NCBI GenBank assembly: GCA_022508725.1
Contig: JAFLUR010000001.1
Span: 1 to 43,060, forward strand
Length of the DNA stretch: 43,060 nt
Direction of reading: 5' to 3'
DNA from: Oscillospiraceae bacterium
Lineage (GTDB): Bacteria; Bacillota; Clostridia; UBA1381
The notes below the pieces were generated by a model that was given only the letters and a program-made list of their open reading frames with translations, had not been told where the DNA came from and ran no database searches. This document shows positions 26,297 to 35,751 of the stretch, piece by piece. The number at the start of each line of letters is the position of its first letter. Positions within the stretch are counted from its first letter, which is position 1. The translations under genes were made by a program, and so were the position numbers.

Positions 26297-26890
26297 TTAT
26301 TTTCCGATATCATATAAGCGCACGATCGTAACTATCGCCTGTTCCTTTGTATATCTGCTTTTCGGGGCAAATATGCCGTCGGACATACCGTTCATTACAC
26401 CGCAGCTGTACATTTTATATACATATGACCTTGCCCATTCCGAAATATTCGCATCATCGTCAAACACAAAGCCTGTGGATGTGCCGCTTATATCCATGAA
26501 CATTGCAATTCTTGCGAGTATTGTCGCCGCCTCTTCGCGGGTTATACTATCATTCGGCGCAAAATATTTCTCGGATTTACCGTTCACTATACCCATTGTA
26601 TGCAGCGCATTGACCGCCTTAGAATCGGTATCTTTGAATACTCCCGAGGATATTTTGGTATCTATCCCCCATTTTAAAAGCATATTATATACTATTTCGC
26701 AAAAATCGCCTCGTGTTATATATTCCGTATATCCCGACTGCATACCGCTGTCTAAAAATCCCTCATTGATCGCTGTTTTTATATATTTGGAAGACCATTC
26801 CGACGACTCCGAAACGGCATATACAGACTGAGTATACGGTCTGGCTGTGAAAATCATAACAGCCGTCAACAATATAAAAGCATACCTCAA
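26297..26890 (-). CDS. small S-layer-homology (SLH) domain protein (signal peptide + three SLH repeats only)
   Basis: Three SLH-like repeats: SEWSSKYIKTAINEGFL...ITRGDFCEIVYNML, FKDTDSKAVNALHTMGIVNGKSEKYFAPNDSITREEAATILARI and ISEWARSYVYKMYSCGVMNGMSDGIFAPKSRYTKEQAIVTIVRL. TTG 26890, with GGGAGG 7 nt upstream, is preferred over the ORF-track start at 26992. Confidence 0.78.
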   Translation of the reverse strand: MRYAFILLTAVMIFTARPYTQSVYAVSESSEWSSKYIKTAINEGFLDSGMQSGYTEYITRGDFCEIVYNMLLKWGIDTKISSGVFKDTDSKAVNALHTMGIVNGKSEKYFAPNDSITREEAATILARIAMFMDISGTSTGFVFDDDANISEWARSYVYKMYSCGVMNGMSDGIFAPKSRYTKEQAIVTIVRLYDIGK

Positions 26891-27035
26891 ATATATACCT
26901 CCCTGCTTAATTATCTTGTTATCCGATAAAATATTTAACTTGCAGCCGGCACCGCGCATATTACGGATCACAAGGTAAAAATGCAAGACCATTCTTTTTT
27001 AAAGAATGGTCTTACAAATTTAAACTCCAAAAAAA

Positions 27036-28535
27036 TTATTTAAGCGCATTATAAGCGTCATTAATTTCTTTAATGTATTCATCGCCGCCCTGGCTTCTCC
27101 ATTTTTCGATTTCTTTCTTATAAGCAGCCTCATCGATCTTACCTACGATAAACTTAGTGTTGGCAGACGAAATAATTTCATCAAGCTGAGGACCTTTCAT
27201 TGAATAGGTATCGGATACCAAAGGCTCTGCCGGATTGGATACGATATATTTCTCGTTATCCTTCATTACAATATCGGCTTTCTCGGCAACATCCGTCGAA
27301 TATCTCTTTTTGAGCTGAGTCTCAATGATACCCGTTGCAACCTGGTTAAGGTCCGCATACTCTTTACCGATAGAAGTATCCTCCGAAATTTTTGCAAATC
27401 CGTCCTCTTCTATTTCATAGTGTCTGCCCTTGATACCGAAGTTCATAAGGTTCAAAGCTTCCTGATCATTCATCTTATCCATCTTATCAAGGATAAAATC
27501 AAGATCCGACTCCTGCGGAACAGCGGGTTTCGGGAATACATAAAATCCCTTCCAACCGGATGTGGGAAGAGTTCTTGCTTCCGAACCGGCATCTCTCTTT
27601 ACATAGCCTATAACGCCAACCTTAGCTTTGGGTGTGCTCTTAGCCATATTCTCGGCAATTCTTCTTGAACGGTCGGCAACGTCGATAATTACGCCGGCTC
27701 TTGAAGAAAGGAACTGCTCATCCCATTTAGCGCCGTCATATGTCGCAAAATCCTGATTGATAAGCTCTTCTTCATAAAGAGTTCTGAGGAATTTCAAGCA
27801 TTCAAAATATTCGTCAAACATAAAGTCGGGCTGCAAAGTACCGTCTTCAGCCTCGCCCCACTTGTTGGGCGCTCCGAACCAAACAACCATAGCGTCAAGA
27901 GTTGTTGATGCTGTTGTCATTATCATTCCGAAGGTATCCGCCTGTCCGTTGCCGTCGGGATCCTTTTCCTTAAACGCTTTCAGAACCTCATGGAACTCAT
28001 CCATTGTTTCCGGCATACTCATACCGAGAGTTTCAAGCCAGTCCTCTCTGATACACATACCGCTTCTTCCGAGAGTTCTTGCTCTGTAAAGACCGTATAT
28101 TTTACCGTCGATGGAAGTATTGTTCAAAACAACGTCATTTGCCTGTGAAAGATTGGGATATTTTGCGGAATCCTTAATTTTGTCCGTAATATCCCAGAAA
28201 GTGCCTCCGCGGGCATTCTGAATAATACTTGCCGTCTTGGTTTCCACGAGCATTACCATGGGATATTCACCCGAACCCATAGTCGCGGTAACCTTTTCAC
28301 CGTATCCGCTTGCCGGGATAAAGCTGATCTGAAGTCTTGTTCCGAGATACTGCTCAAGAGCCTCAAGAACGGGACTGTCCTCCGATGCGGGCTCCGGCTG
28401 AGCCGCTGAAGTCATAATTGTAATGACGGGATCGTCGGGATCTATGGATCCTTTGCCTCCTTTGCACGCCGTAAGACCTGTTGTGAGAAGCGCCACAGCA
28501 CAGCCCACCGTTAAAATACGCTTTAACTTTGTCAT
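27036..28535 (-). CDS. ABC transporter extracellular solute-binding lipoprotein (LplA/YtcQ-like, carbohydrate)
   Basis: 499 aa with lipoprotein signal MTKLKRILTVGCAVALLTTGLTAC (lipobox LTAC). Its size and position next to two CUT1-type permeases support the call. GGAGGT RBS. Confidence 0.9.
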   Translation of the reverse strand: MTKLKRILTVGCAVALLTTGLTACKGGKGSIDPDDPVITIMTSAAQPEPASEDSPVLEALEQYLGTRLQISFIPASGYGEKVTATMGSGEYPMVMLVETKTASIIQNARGGTFWDITDKIKDSAKYPNLSQANDVVLNNTSIDGKIYGLYRARTLGRSGMCIREDWLETLGMSMPETMDEFHEVLKAFKEKDPDGNGQADTFGMIMTTASTTLDAMVVWFGAPNKWGEAEDGTLQPDFMFDEYFECLKFLRTLYEEELINQDFATYDGAKWDEQFLSSRAGVIIDVADRSRRIAENMAKSTPKAKVGVIGYVKRDAGSEARTLPTSGWKGFYVFPKPAVPQESDLDFILDKMDKMNDQEALNLMNFGIKGRHYEIEEDGFAKISEDTSIGKEYADLNQVATGIIETQLKKRYSTDVAEKADIVMKDNEKYIVSNPAEPLVSDTYSMKGPQLDEIISSANTKFIVGKIDEAAYKKEIEKWRSQGGDEYIKEINDAYNALK

Positions 28536-28669
28536 TCTTCCTACCTCCTAATAATAAAAACAAATTCATTTAAAATGTCGCACATAAAATCAATTTACTT
28601 ACCGTGCATTTCTATATTGGTATCACGCAAACGCACATACACCGACATTTTATGGATAGCCTTAAGTAC

Positions 28670-28698
28670 ATTATACAATATTTTCATATAAAATGCAA
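28670..28698 (-). promoter_or_regulatory. internal promoter for the solute-binding protein gene
   Basis: On the minus strand: TTGCAT (28698..28693), a 17-nt spacer, then TATAAT (28675..28670). It lies in the 190-bp gap between the permease stop and the SBP start. Confidence 0.5.
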
Positions 28699-28726
28699 GT
28701 ATTTTTGCAAAAATACACCAAAAAGA

Positions 28727-29593
28727 TTAACCCTTTATAGCTCCGACCATTACACCTGCCGCGAAGTGCTTCTGCAGGAACGGATATACGCACAAAATAG
28801 GAACGGTACCGACAACGATCATTGCCATTTTGAGTGTTTCCTGAGGAACGAGATCGTCCGGATCCTGAGCGGTCTGCTCAAGCATTACAAGGTTACGGAG
28901 AACCAGCTGGAACGGATATTTCTTTGCATCTTCCAGATAAAGGAGAGCTCCGAAGTAGTTATTCCAGTGACCTACCGCATAGAACAAACCGAAAGTCGCA
29001 AGCATGGGAAGCGAAAGCGGCAAAGCGATCTTCCAGAATATACCCAGATCACTGCATCCGTCGATCGATGCAGCCTCTTCAAGTCCGGCAGGGAGCTGCT
29101 GGAAGAAGTTCTTTACGATGATCATATTATACGCACTTATAGCGCCCGGCAATATAAGTGCCGCATATGAATTATACATACCCAAAGACTTAACAACGAT
29201 GAACAGCGGGATCATACCTCCCGAAAATACCATTGTGAAAAGCACGCAGTTAAGTATAACGTTTCTGCCTTTGATAGGCTTTGCAAGAGCATAAGCCATT
29301 GTTGTTGTAAAGAAAAGGTTTGTGATCGTACCTACCAATGTTATAAATATGGACGAACCCAAGCTTCTCAATACGGTCATGCCGTATTCTCTTCCGAAAA
29401 TTCTTATATAAGCCTCCAGAGTAGGCTCCCGCGGAATTATGAACAGCGGTCTTGTAAGAATTTCATGCTCCGACGCAAACGATGCCGCGATAACGTATAC
29501 GAACGGGATTACCGTTGCGATAGCCGCTGTTGCAAGAAACAGATATATAATTATATCGGCTATAACATCGCCGACAGTTCTTCTTTTTAACAT
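28727..29593 (-). CDS. carbohydrate ABC transporter permease (LplC/YtcP-like)
   Basis: 288 aa with six hydrophobic segments and the EAA loop LEEAASIDGCSDLGIFWKIALP. Confidence 0.9.
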   Translation of the reverse strand: MLKRRTVGDVIADIIIYLFLATAAIATVIPFVYVIAASFASEHEILTRPLFIIPREPTLEAYIRIFGREYGMTVLRSLGSSIFITLVGTITNLFFTTTMAYALAKPIKGRNVILNCVLFTMVFSGGMIPLFIVVKSLGMYNSYAALILPGAISAYNMIIVKNFFQQLPAGLEEAASIDGCSDLGIFWKIALPLSLPMLATFGLFYAVGHWNNYFGALLYLEDAKKYPFQLVLRNLVMLEQTAQDPDDLVPQETLKMAMIVVGTVPILCVYPFLQKHFAAGVMVGAIKG

Positions 29594-29616
29594 AATTCAA
29601 ATTCACCCCGACTTTC

Positions 29617-30606
29617 TTAGAACAAGCTTGTTTCGCTGACTTTTTTCGAAATAAAGTTAGCTGTCTGAATACAAGTGATACTTACAAGAGATTTAAACAG
29701 ACCGACTGCCGTCGAATAACCGTAATTACCGTTCACTCTACCCATGTCATACACATATGTATCAAAGGTATTTGTTGACGATCTGTTAAGGTTGTTCTGC
29801 ATAAGCAATATCTGTTCAAAGCCTGTATCGAGCACGGAACCCATTCTCAGAATAAGCATGATTACTATCGTGCTTGAGATAGCGGGGAAGGTGATATATA
29901 CCATCTGCTGGAATCTGTTTGCGCCGTCAACGATAGCCGCCTCATACTGCTCAACGTCAACACCGGCAAGCGCCGCAAGGAATATAATGGTACCCCAGCC
30001 TGTTTCCTTCCAGATCGCCTGGAAAAGGAGTATCCAGTAAAATCCCACCGTATCACCGAGAATATTGTAATCCGAACCGGTAAATTTATTTATTATATCA
30101 TACAGCGCACCGCCGTGATAGCCTGACATTGAAGGCTGTTTCAAAAGCATGAACGAGATAGACGCAATGACAACCCACGATACGAAGTGAGGAACGTATA
30201 TCATCGTCTGGATCGAATTTTTATACCACTGGACCTTAAGCTCATTGAGCAGGAGCGACAGAAGAATAGGCAGCGGGAAGTAAAATATAAGGTTCATACC
30301 CGAAATTATAAGCGTATTCTTCAACAGCATCAAGAAGCTCGAACCGGTAAAGAACGTCCTGAAATGTTCAATGCCGACCCACTTTGATGCGGCAAACGAA
30401 TTTCCCGCATAATAATTTTTAAATGCAATAAGCACACCCCACATAGGCGCAAACTTGAATATAATGAAGTACAATACGCCCGGCAGCACAAGAAGATACA
30501 ACCATCTGTCTTTTATGAGTTTGTTTTTTGTTCTTACACGCATAGCCTTTTTTTCCGCCGGAGAAAGTGTGGGCTTTGCTTGTTTTACTTGTTTTTTTGC
30601 AGCCAT
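29617..30606 (-). CDS. carbohydrate ABC transporter permease (LplB/YteP-like)
   Basis: 329 aa with a basic N-terminal extension and the EAA loop YEAAIVDGANRFQQMVYITFP. AAGGAGGT RBS. Confidence 0.9.
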   Translation of the reverse strand: MAAKKQVKQAKPTLSPAEKKAMRVRTKNKLIKDRWLYLLVLPGVLYFIIFKFAPMWGVLIAFKNYYAGNSFAASKWVGIEHFRTFFTGSSFLMLLKNTLIISGMNLIFYFPLPILLSLLLNELKVQWYKNSIQTMIYVPHFVSWVVIASISFMLLKQPSMSGYHGGALYDIINKFTGSDYNILGDTVGFYWILLFQAIWKETGWGTIIFLAALAGVDVEQYEAAIVDGANRFQQMVYITFPAISSTIVIMLILRMGSVLDTGFEQILLMQNNLNRSSTNTFDTYVYDMGRVNGNYGYSTAVGLFKSLVSITCIQTANFISKKVSETSLF

Positions 30607-30961
30607 TATTTGACCTCCTTAATATAAATATTGTCCAATCCCAAGCATAATAAGCTTCCCCTGTCAAAACCGATTTCCGGCTTTTGCCGCGAGGCATCCG
30701 GTCTTATGCCTTAATTGGAAACCCTATATTTATATTATATTTGATTTTCTTAAATTTTGCAATAGAAAATTTCAAATTTTTATTGAAATTATATTATTTT
30801 TTTTATTTTTTTTGTGGAATATAACCAATTTACATTTTTTGCATACAATATATTTACATTTCTGCATTTTTCGTTCTTTTTTTCTGTTGATATTTTAAAC
30901 ATAATTTACATAAAACATACAGACTGTTTTTGTATACATTGACTATTCACATTCAACAAAA

Positions 30962-33115
30962 TCATTTGCTCAAAAAATCCTCAAGTCTTATCACTTCAAT
31001 GCCGGCGAGCATAACTATACCGGTTCCGTGAGTATCGTTCAAATTCCAGCCGAGTTCATATTTGTAATAGTCCGGAATAAACGCAAATTCCGAACCGCGG
31101 CATACTCCGTAAACATTTCCGTCCGCATCGACCGATGTCTTTGTGATCGCCTCCCAGCCCTTATATATCGCTTTTACATATTTCTCCGGCTCTTTAAGCC
31201 ATCCGAAACGCACGCCTCTTGAAAATGCGTATATAAACATACTTGTGCATGATGTTTCGGGATACGACTCGTGATCGTTAAGCACCTGATGCCACATACC
31301 CTCGTTATCCTGAAGCTTGAGATAGCCCTCGCAGAGAGTGTTGAGCATTTCGATAAGGCCCGCACGCTTGGGGTGATTTTCGGGAAGCACCTCCAAAAGC
31401 TCCGTCATGGAAAATACTACCCAGCCGTTTCCTCTTCCCCACGGCACATTCGTCTTTGTATCATATTTGAAATCATACACATGGCTCATTATATTTTCTT
31501 CCGGAATAAAAAGACGCTCTTTAAATCCGAAGAATTGATTTGCCGCATCATCCGCATATTTTTGATCGCCGGTAAACTTATAATATCTTGACAGGAACGG
31601 AACGCTCATATACAGGTCATCCGCCCACATGGTCATATTATGGAAGCTGTGCATCTGATCCTTGCGGTAGAAACAGCCGTCGGGCAGTCTGCTCTGCTTG
31701 TTTGAAATATAATCGCCCACATAGTCGGCTATTTCCTTTACATTATCTATCTTGAGATATTTGTTTGCCTCAAGCAGCGCCGACGCAAACGAACCGCAGT
31801 CATCAAGGCTGTCTATGCTTGTCAGCAGATTATGTATGCTTGTCGCGCCGCCGTATTGCTCTTTATCCCAGAGCGCGTATTCAAGCGTATCACAGCAAAG
31901 CTGCATATGATCCTGTATATACTGCTTTATATCCTCCGAGCCGATGACCATGGCCGCGTGAAGAAGTCCGTAGATCGTCACGCCGAGAGGATAGCTCCAT
32001 CTGCCGAACAATGTGTTCTCATTGTACGGACGAACGAATGTATCGGGCGCGTCGATCCTCCAGTATTTCTTATCATCCGCTCCCACAACATGAAGCATAT
32101 CGAACGCCTTATCCCATTCAAAATCATAGCTCTGCGGGAATGTTCCTATATATATATACTTATCATCGGTACCCTTTACGCCGACGGGATTTGAAAATTC
32201 AACTCCGTCACATTCAAAGGATGAATAACCCCAGTCATCGCTTTCGCAGAATGATTTTATCGCTATGTCATGATTTCCGAAAGAAAGTCTGACCTTGAAG
32301 CTTTCCTCCTTATCGGCGGTGAACACTTCTTTTTTGTCGATATAAACGATGCATTTTCCTTTGGGCGCGATTTTAAATGTATATTCCGCCTCGCCGCGCC
32401 CGGTGAAAAATCCTTTTGTCCGGGCTACCGCATACTCGCCGCTTTTGTTTCCGAACATACGCGCCATTTGGCATTTTTTGCTTTCCTCTGCCGACCATTG
32501 TGTTTGGGGATACCATTTTACGCCGGTTTCGGACTCTTTAAGCGACAAATCGGTTTTGGGAATCACGTCGCCGGAGACCGGTCCGGTATACAAAAAGCCT
32601 TCCTGACCCTCTCTTTCGGCTGTGGGCATAAGGAAATAAAAATCCCATTTTCCTATCCACGTTCCGAAATGACCTCCGAATCCGGCTTTTGTCTTTTGGA
32701 ATTTCACAACGATATTATTCCAACCCGCGTTAAGAGGCAAATCAACGCGCACCCCGTTTTCGCTGTAGCGTTCCTTGAAAATATCCGACTTATACGCGAT
32801 TTCATCGTTTACATATATAGTCATCGGTCCGAAGCAGTTTACCGTTATGCCGAGCGCGCCCTTTCCCTTTGAATAAAACTTGGACCATGCCCATACGCAG
32901 TCCTTATCCTTTGCCTCCGGGTATATCTCATTCCAGTCAACCTTGTAACGGTAATCGGTCGTTCTCATAACACCGTGATTGACGAATGCCCTGTAATACA
33001 AGCCGTGTTTTATGTTCTGCCCCATATATCTGTTTGCGAGAGCCGATATGATCGCCTTCGGAGCGGTACCCTCATAAGCGTTGATACTTACCGTATCATC
33101 AAAATAATATCCCAT
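30962..33115 (-). CDS. glycoside hydrolase family 105/88 (unsaturated rhamnogalacturonyl/glucuronyl hydrolase-like) with a large N-terminal extension
   Basis: The C-terminal ~370 aa carries WADDLYMSVPFL, WGRGNGW and HGTGIVMLAG, as in YteR/UGL (alpha/alpha)6 enzymes. The N-terminal ~340 aa is unassigned. The start is set at ATG 33115 (GGAGGG RBS) rather than 33160. Confidence 0.8.
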   Translation of the reverse strand: MGYYFDDTVSINAYEGTAPKAIISALANRYMGQNIKHGLYYRAFVNHGVMRTTDYRYKVDWNEIYPEAKDKDCVWAWSKFYSKGKGALGITVNCFGPMTIYVNDEIAYKSDIFKERYSENGVRVDLPLNAGWNNIVVKFQKTKAGFGGHFGTWIGKWDFYFLMPTAEREGQEGFLYTGPVSGDVIPKTDLSLKESETGVKWYPQTQWSAEESKKCQMARMFGNKSGEYAVARTKGFFTGRGEAEYTFKIAPKGKCIVYIDKKEVFTADKEESFKVRLSFGNHDIAIKSFCESDDWGYSSFECDGVEFSNPVGVKGTDDKYIYIGTFPQSYDFEWDKAFDMLHVVGADDKKYWRIDAPDTFVRPYNENTLFGRWSYPLGVTIYGLLHAAMVIGSEDIKQYIQDHMQLCCDTLEYALWDKEQYGGATSIHNLLTSIDSLDDCGSFASALLEANKYLKIDNVKEIADYVGDYISNKQSRLPDGCFYRKDQMHSFHNMTMWADDLYMSVPFLSRYYKFTGDQKYADDAANQFFGFKERLFIPEENIMSHVYDFKYDTKTNVPWGRGNGWVVFSMTELLEVLPENHPKRAGLIEMLNTLCEGYLKLQDNEGMWHQVLNDHESYPETSCTSMFIYAFSRGVRFGWLKEPEKYVKAIYKGWEAITKTSVDADGNVYGVCRGSEFAFIPDYYKYELGWNLNDTHGTGIVMLAGIEVIRLEDFLSK

Positions 33116-33272
33116 ATAAATTCCCTCCTGTTTTGTAATATCGGTATTTGTCGGAAACATTTATTCCAAAATCTTGTTTTTGCCGATCTCTATATTGTAA
33201 ATTATGAATAAATCACACAAAAAATTCACCGTTTCTTTGTTTATTTTTTGGCAAATTTCACATATAACAAGA

Positions 33273-33301
33273 CTATCCCATACTGCAAAAGTATGGGATA
33301 G
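33273..33301 (-). terminator. intrinsic terminator after the 780-aa SLH protein gene
   Basis: CTATCCCATACT-gcaaa-AGTATGGGATAG, a perfect 12-bp stem, followed on the minus strand by TCTTGTTATATG. Confidence 0.6.
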
Positions 33302-33332
33302 CTGTATAATAAATACATGACCGTGATTATGA

Positions 33333-35675
33333 TTACTGCAGGTTATATATTCCGTAGATCATCTTTGCGGCAACCGCTCTTGACGCCGTTGCTTTGGGAG
33401 CAAATTCGGTGTCGCTTACACCGGTTATAATTCTTGCTCTCTGCAAAGCATTTACCGCTTCCTTGGCGTAATCGTCTATCTGATCCTCATCGGTAAATTT
33501 CACTTCTTCCGCCACTATGGGTAATGTATAATTCATTGCCTTTGCGGCTCTGTAAAGGAGGACCGCCATATCCTGTCTTGAAATATTGTCATTTACACCG
33601 AATCTGCCGTCGCCGTAGCCTGTTATAACGCCCTTGCGGAACGCCGATGCCACTGCGCTGTAATACCAGTCGCTTTCCTTAACATCCGAGAAATCCGAGG
33701 TCTGCGCGTTCGGATCCGTAAGATTAAGTGTATTAACAAGAATTTTTGCGAATTCCGCTCTTGTAATGTTGTCATTCGGAGCAAATATGCCGTCACTCTT
33801 ACCGCTTATGATACCTCTTTCGGCAAGATTGTTTATAGCCTCCACAGCCCAGTCAACACCGTTAAGATCTGTAAATTTTAAAGAAGTCGCACCGACCTTG
33901 TCAAGATTTTGAGCCTGATTTGTCTTATTCGGAACAGCATTCGGATCGGCAGACTGAACGGGATTTATAAGCGTTGTTGTAACAGGTGTGTAGAATTTGT
34001 ATGAATCACCGCCCGTATTTCTCGAAGCGCTGTTGCTTGACGAACCGCCGCCACCGCCTGATGTTGTCTTTTTCTTTTCAACGAGAACGTCAAATTTTTC
34101 CTTAACGACCTCTCCGCCGTTTTCGAGAGTAGCGGTCAATGTAACGGTCTTGTCTGTAGACTGTCTTGTAACCTCACCCTTTGTCGAAATTATTGACGGA
34201 CTGCTTGATGTCCATGTGATGGTAGAAGCATAGGTACCCTTTTTCGGAAGCTCGAAATCCTTTGTTACTTTCTCATAATCCTCCATATACTCTCTCAATT
34301 CCTCAAGATCGAGCTGAAGCTGATCATCCGGATTTGATATGTTTACCAGGAATGTCTTTTCCGCGGAAGCGGAACCGTCCTTGCTCATAACGGTTGCAAC
34401 CAATTTAAGCTTTCCGCTGAAGCCTTCCGTTACGGTATATTTTCCGGTCTCGGTATCTATAACGTCTGTTTCTACCCAGTCATTGCCTTCCTTTGCAAAT
34501 ACTTCCCAAGTAATCGTTACATAATCATCGCTCTGCGGAAGAACAAGATCTGCCGTTGTTGTGAATGTACCCTTGCTGTTTCCCGACGCATCGAGCTGGA
34601 ATACCTTTCCTGTCGTATCGCTGATCGTAAGCGCTTTAACCGCGTCACTCACAACATCCTCCGCGGAAGCCGCTTCTTTATTTATTGTGATCTGCATATC
34701 CGCCGTTGATGATTCCGAACCCTCAATAGCCGCCGTAAGAGTAAATGTTGTTTTGCCGCCCGGAGCCTTGGAAAGAATAATAAGCTCATTGCCGGATACC
34801 GAAATACCCGGAATGTCTTCCTTTATGCCGTATACCACGCCGTATTTTGTAATATCGCTTGCAAGCGAATATACCGCGCCTGCAGCCGGAACCGAGAATA
34901 CATCATTTCCCGCGGCATTAAGCAAAATATCGGTCTTTGTCACAATTTCCGGCTCTTCCGAACCCTCTGCGGCTTCCTCAACATCCGCCGATGCGACCGT
35001 AACGTTTATATCTGTCGGACCCATTGCAAAAGTCTGTCCGTTTTCAAGCTTGATACTTGCCGGTGTATTCGCATCCTTTGCGGCGAGTGTCATAACTATC
35101 TGCGCAAATCCCGCGTTTGCCGCGCCGTTGGTTATATCGGAGAAGTTACGGCAGGGGAGCTGATCCCTTTCAACGATGGTATTTCCGTTCTCATCCGTTA
35201 CAACGAGCTTTGCGGCAGCTCCCGTTCCGTCACCGACGTGTGAATATATCATATCATATTTATACTTTTTGCCGACCTCAACGCTTGCGCCCATCTCGGT
35301 ATCCGATTTTTCGTTCCAAATAACGGGATATGCGTTTTGGGTTGCATCATAAGCGCCGAGCTTCAGAAAACCGCTTACCTTATTGCTTCCGTTACAAGTA
35401 AGCGTAAAGCTGTTATCCGCGATAATGCTGTCCACGGTCAATTCAAACGAAACAACAAACGAGCCTGTAAGCGTTGAATCAAAAGCCACGGTCTTTGATT
35501 CGGATGAAGTTTTTGTTACCGACCAATCCTTCAGATTAACGTTCGTTGCGTCAACATAAACCGCTCCGTTGATCGGTACAGCGCTTACCATGGGCGCGGA
35601 AAGCATAAACTGAGATGCGGCGATCGTTACGGCAGCAAGTACCGAAATTATTTTTTTTACATTTCTTTTTGCCAT
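33333..35675 (-). CDS. cell-surface protein with Ig-like repeats and three C-terminal SLH domains
   Basis: Signal peptide MAKRNVKKIISVLAAVTIAASQFMLSAPMVSA (AAGGAGG RBS at ATG 35675). Ig-like modules are present (e.g. ITWTSSSPSIISTKGEVTRQSTDKTVTLTATLENGG), followed by a Gly/Ser linker. The C-terminal SLH repeats are FTDLNGVDWAVEAINNLAERGIISGKSDGIFAPNDNITRAEFAKIL, FSDVKESDWYYSAV... and FTDEDQIDDYAKEAV... Confidence 0.85.
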   Translation of the reverse strand: MAKRNVKKIISVLAAVTIAASQFMLSAPMVSAVPINGAVYVDATNVNLKDWSVTKTSSESKTVAFDSTLTGSFVVSFELTVDSIIADNSFTLTCNGSNKVSGFLKLGAYDATQNAYPVIWNEKSDTEMGASVEVGKKYKYDMIYSHVGDGTGAAAKLVVTDENGNTIVERDQLPCRNFSDITNGAANAGFAQIVMTLAAKDANTPASIKLENGQTFAMGPTDINVTVASADVEEAAEGSEEPEIVTKTDILLNAAGNDVFSVPAAGAVYSLASDITKYGVVYGIKEDIPGISVSGNELIILSKAPGGKTTFTLTAAIEGSESSTADMQITINKEAASAEDVVSDAVKALTISDTTGKVFQLDASGNSKGTFTTTADLVLPQSDDYVTITWEVFAKEGNDWVETDVIDTETGKYTVTEGFSGKLKLVATVMSKDGSASAEKTFLVNISNPDDQLQLDLEELREYMEDYEKVTKDFELPKKGTYASTITWTSSSPSIISTKGEVTRQSTDKTVTLTATLENGGEVVKEKFDVLVEKKKTTSGGGGGSSSNSASRNTGGDSYKFYTPVTTTLINPVQSADPNAVPNKTNQAQNLDKVGATSLKFTDLNGVDWAVEAINNLAERGIISGKSDGIFAPNDNITRAEFAKILVNTLNLTDPNAQTSDFSDVKESDWYYSAVASAFRKGVITGYGDGRFGVNDNISRQDMAVLLYRAAKAMNYTLPIVAEEVKFTDEDQIDDYAKEAVNALQRARIITGVSDTEFAPKATASRAVAAKMIYGIYNLQ

Positions 35676-35701
35676 AATTGAACTTATCCTCCTTAAATTA
35701 C

Positions 35702-35736
35702 GGTATACAGCAAGCCCTGCGGACCTGCTGCATACC
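35702..35736 (-). other. imperfect hairpin between the two large SLH genes (possible partial terminator/processing site)
   Basis: GGTATaCAGCA...TGCTGcATACC with one mismatch and no clear T-run. It is located 16 nt after the upstream stop and 27 nt before the downstream start. Confidence 0.3.
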
Positions 35737-35751
35737 ATTGTTTATATTAAA

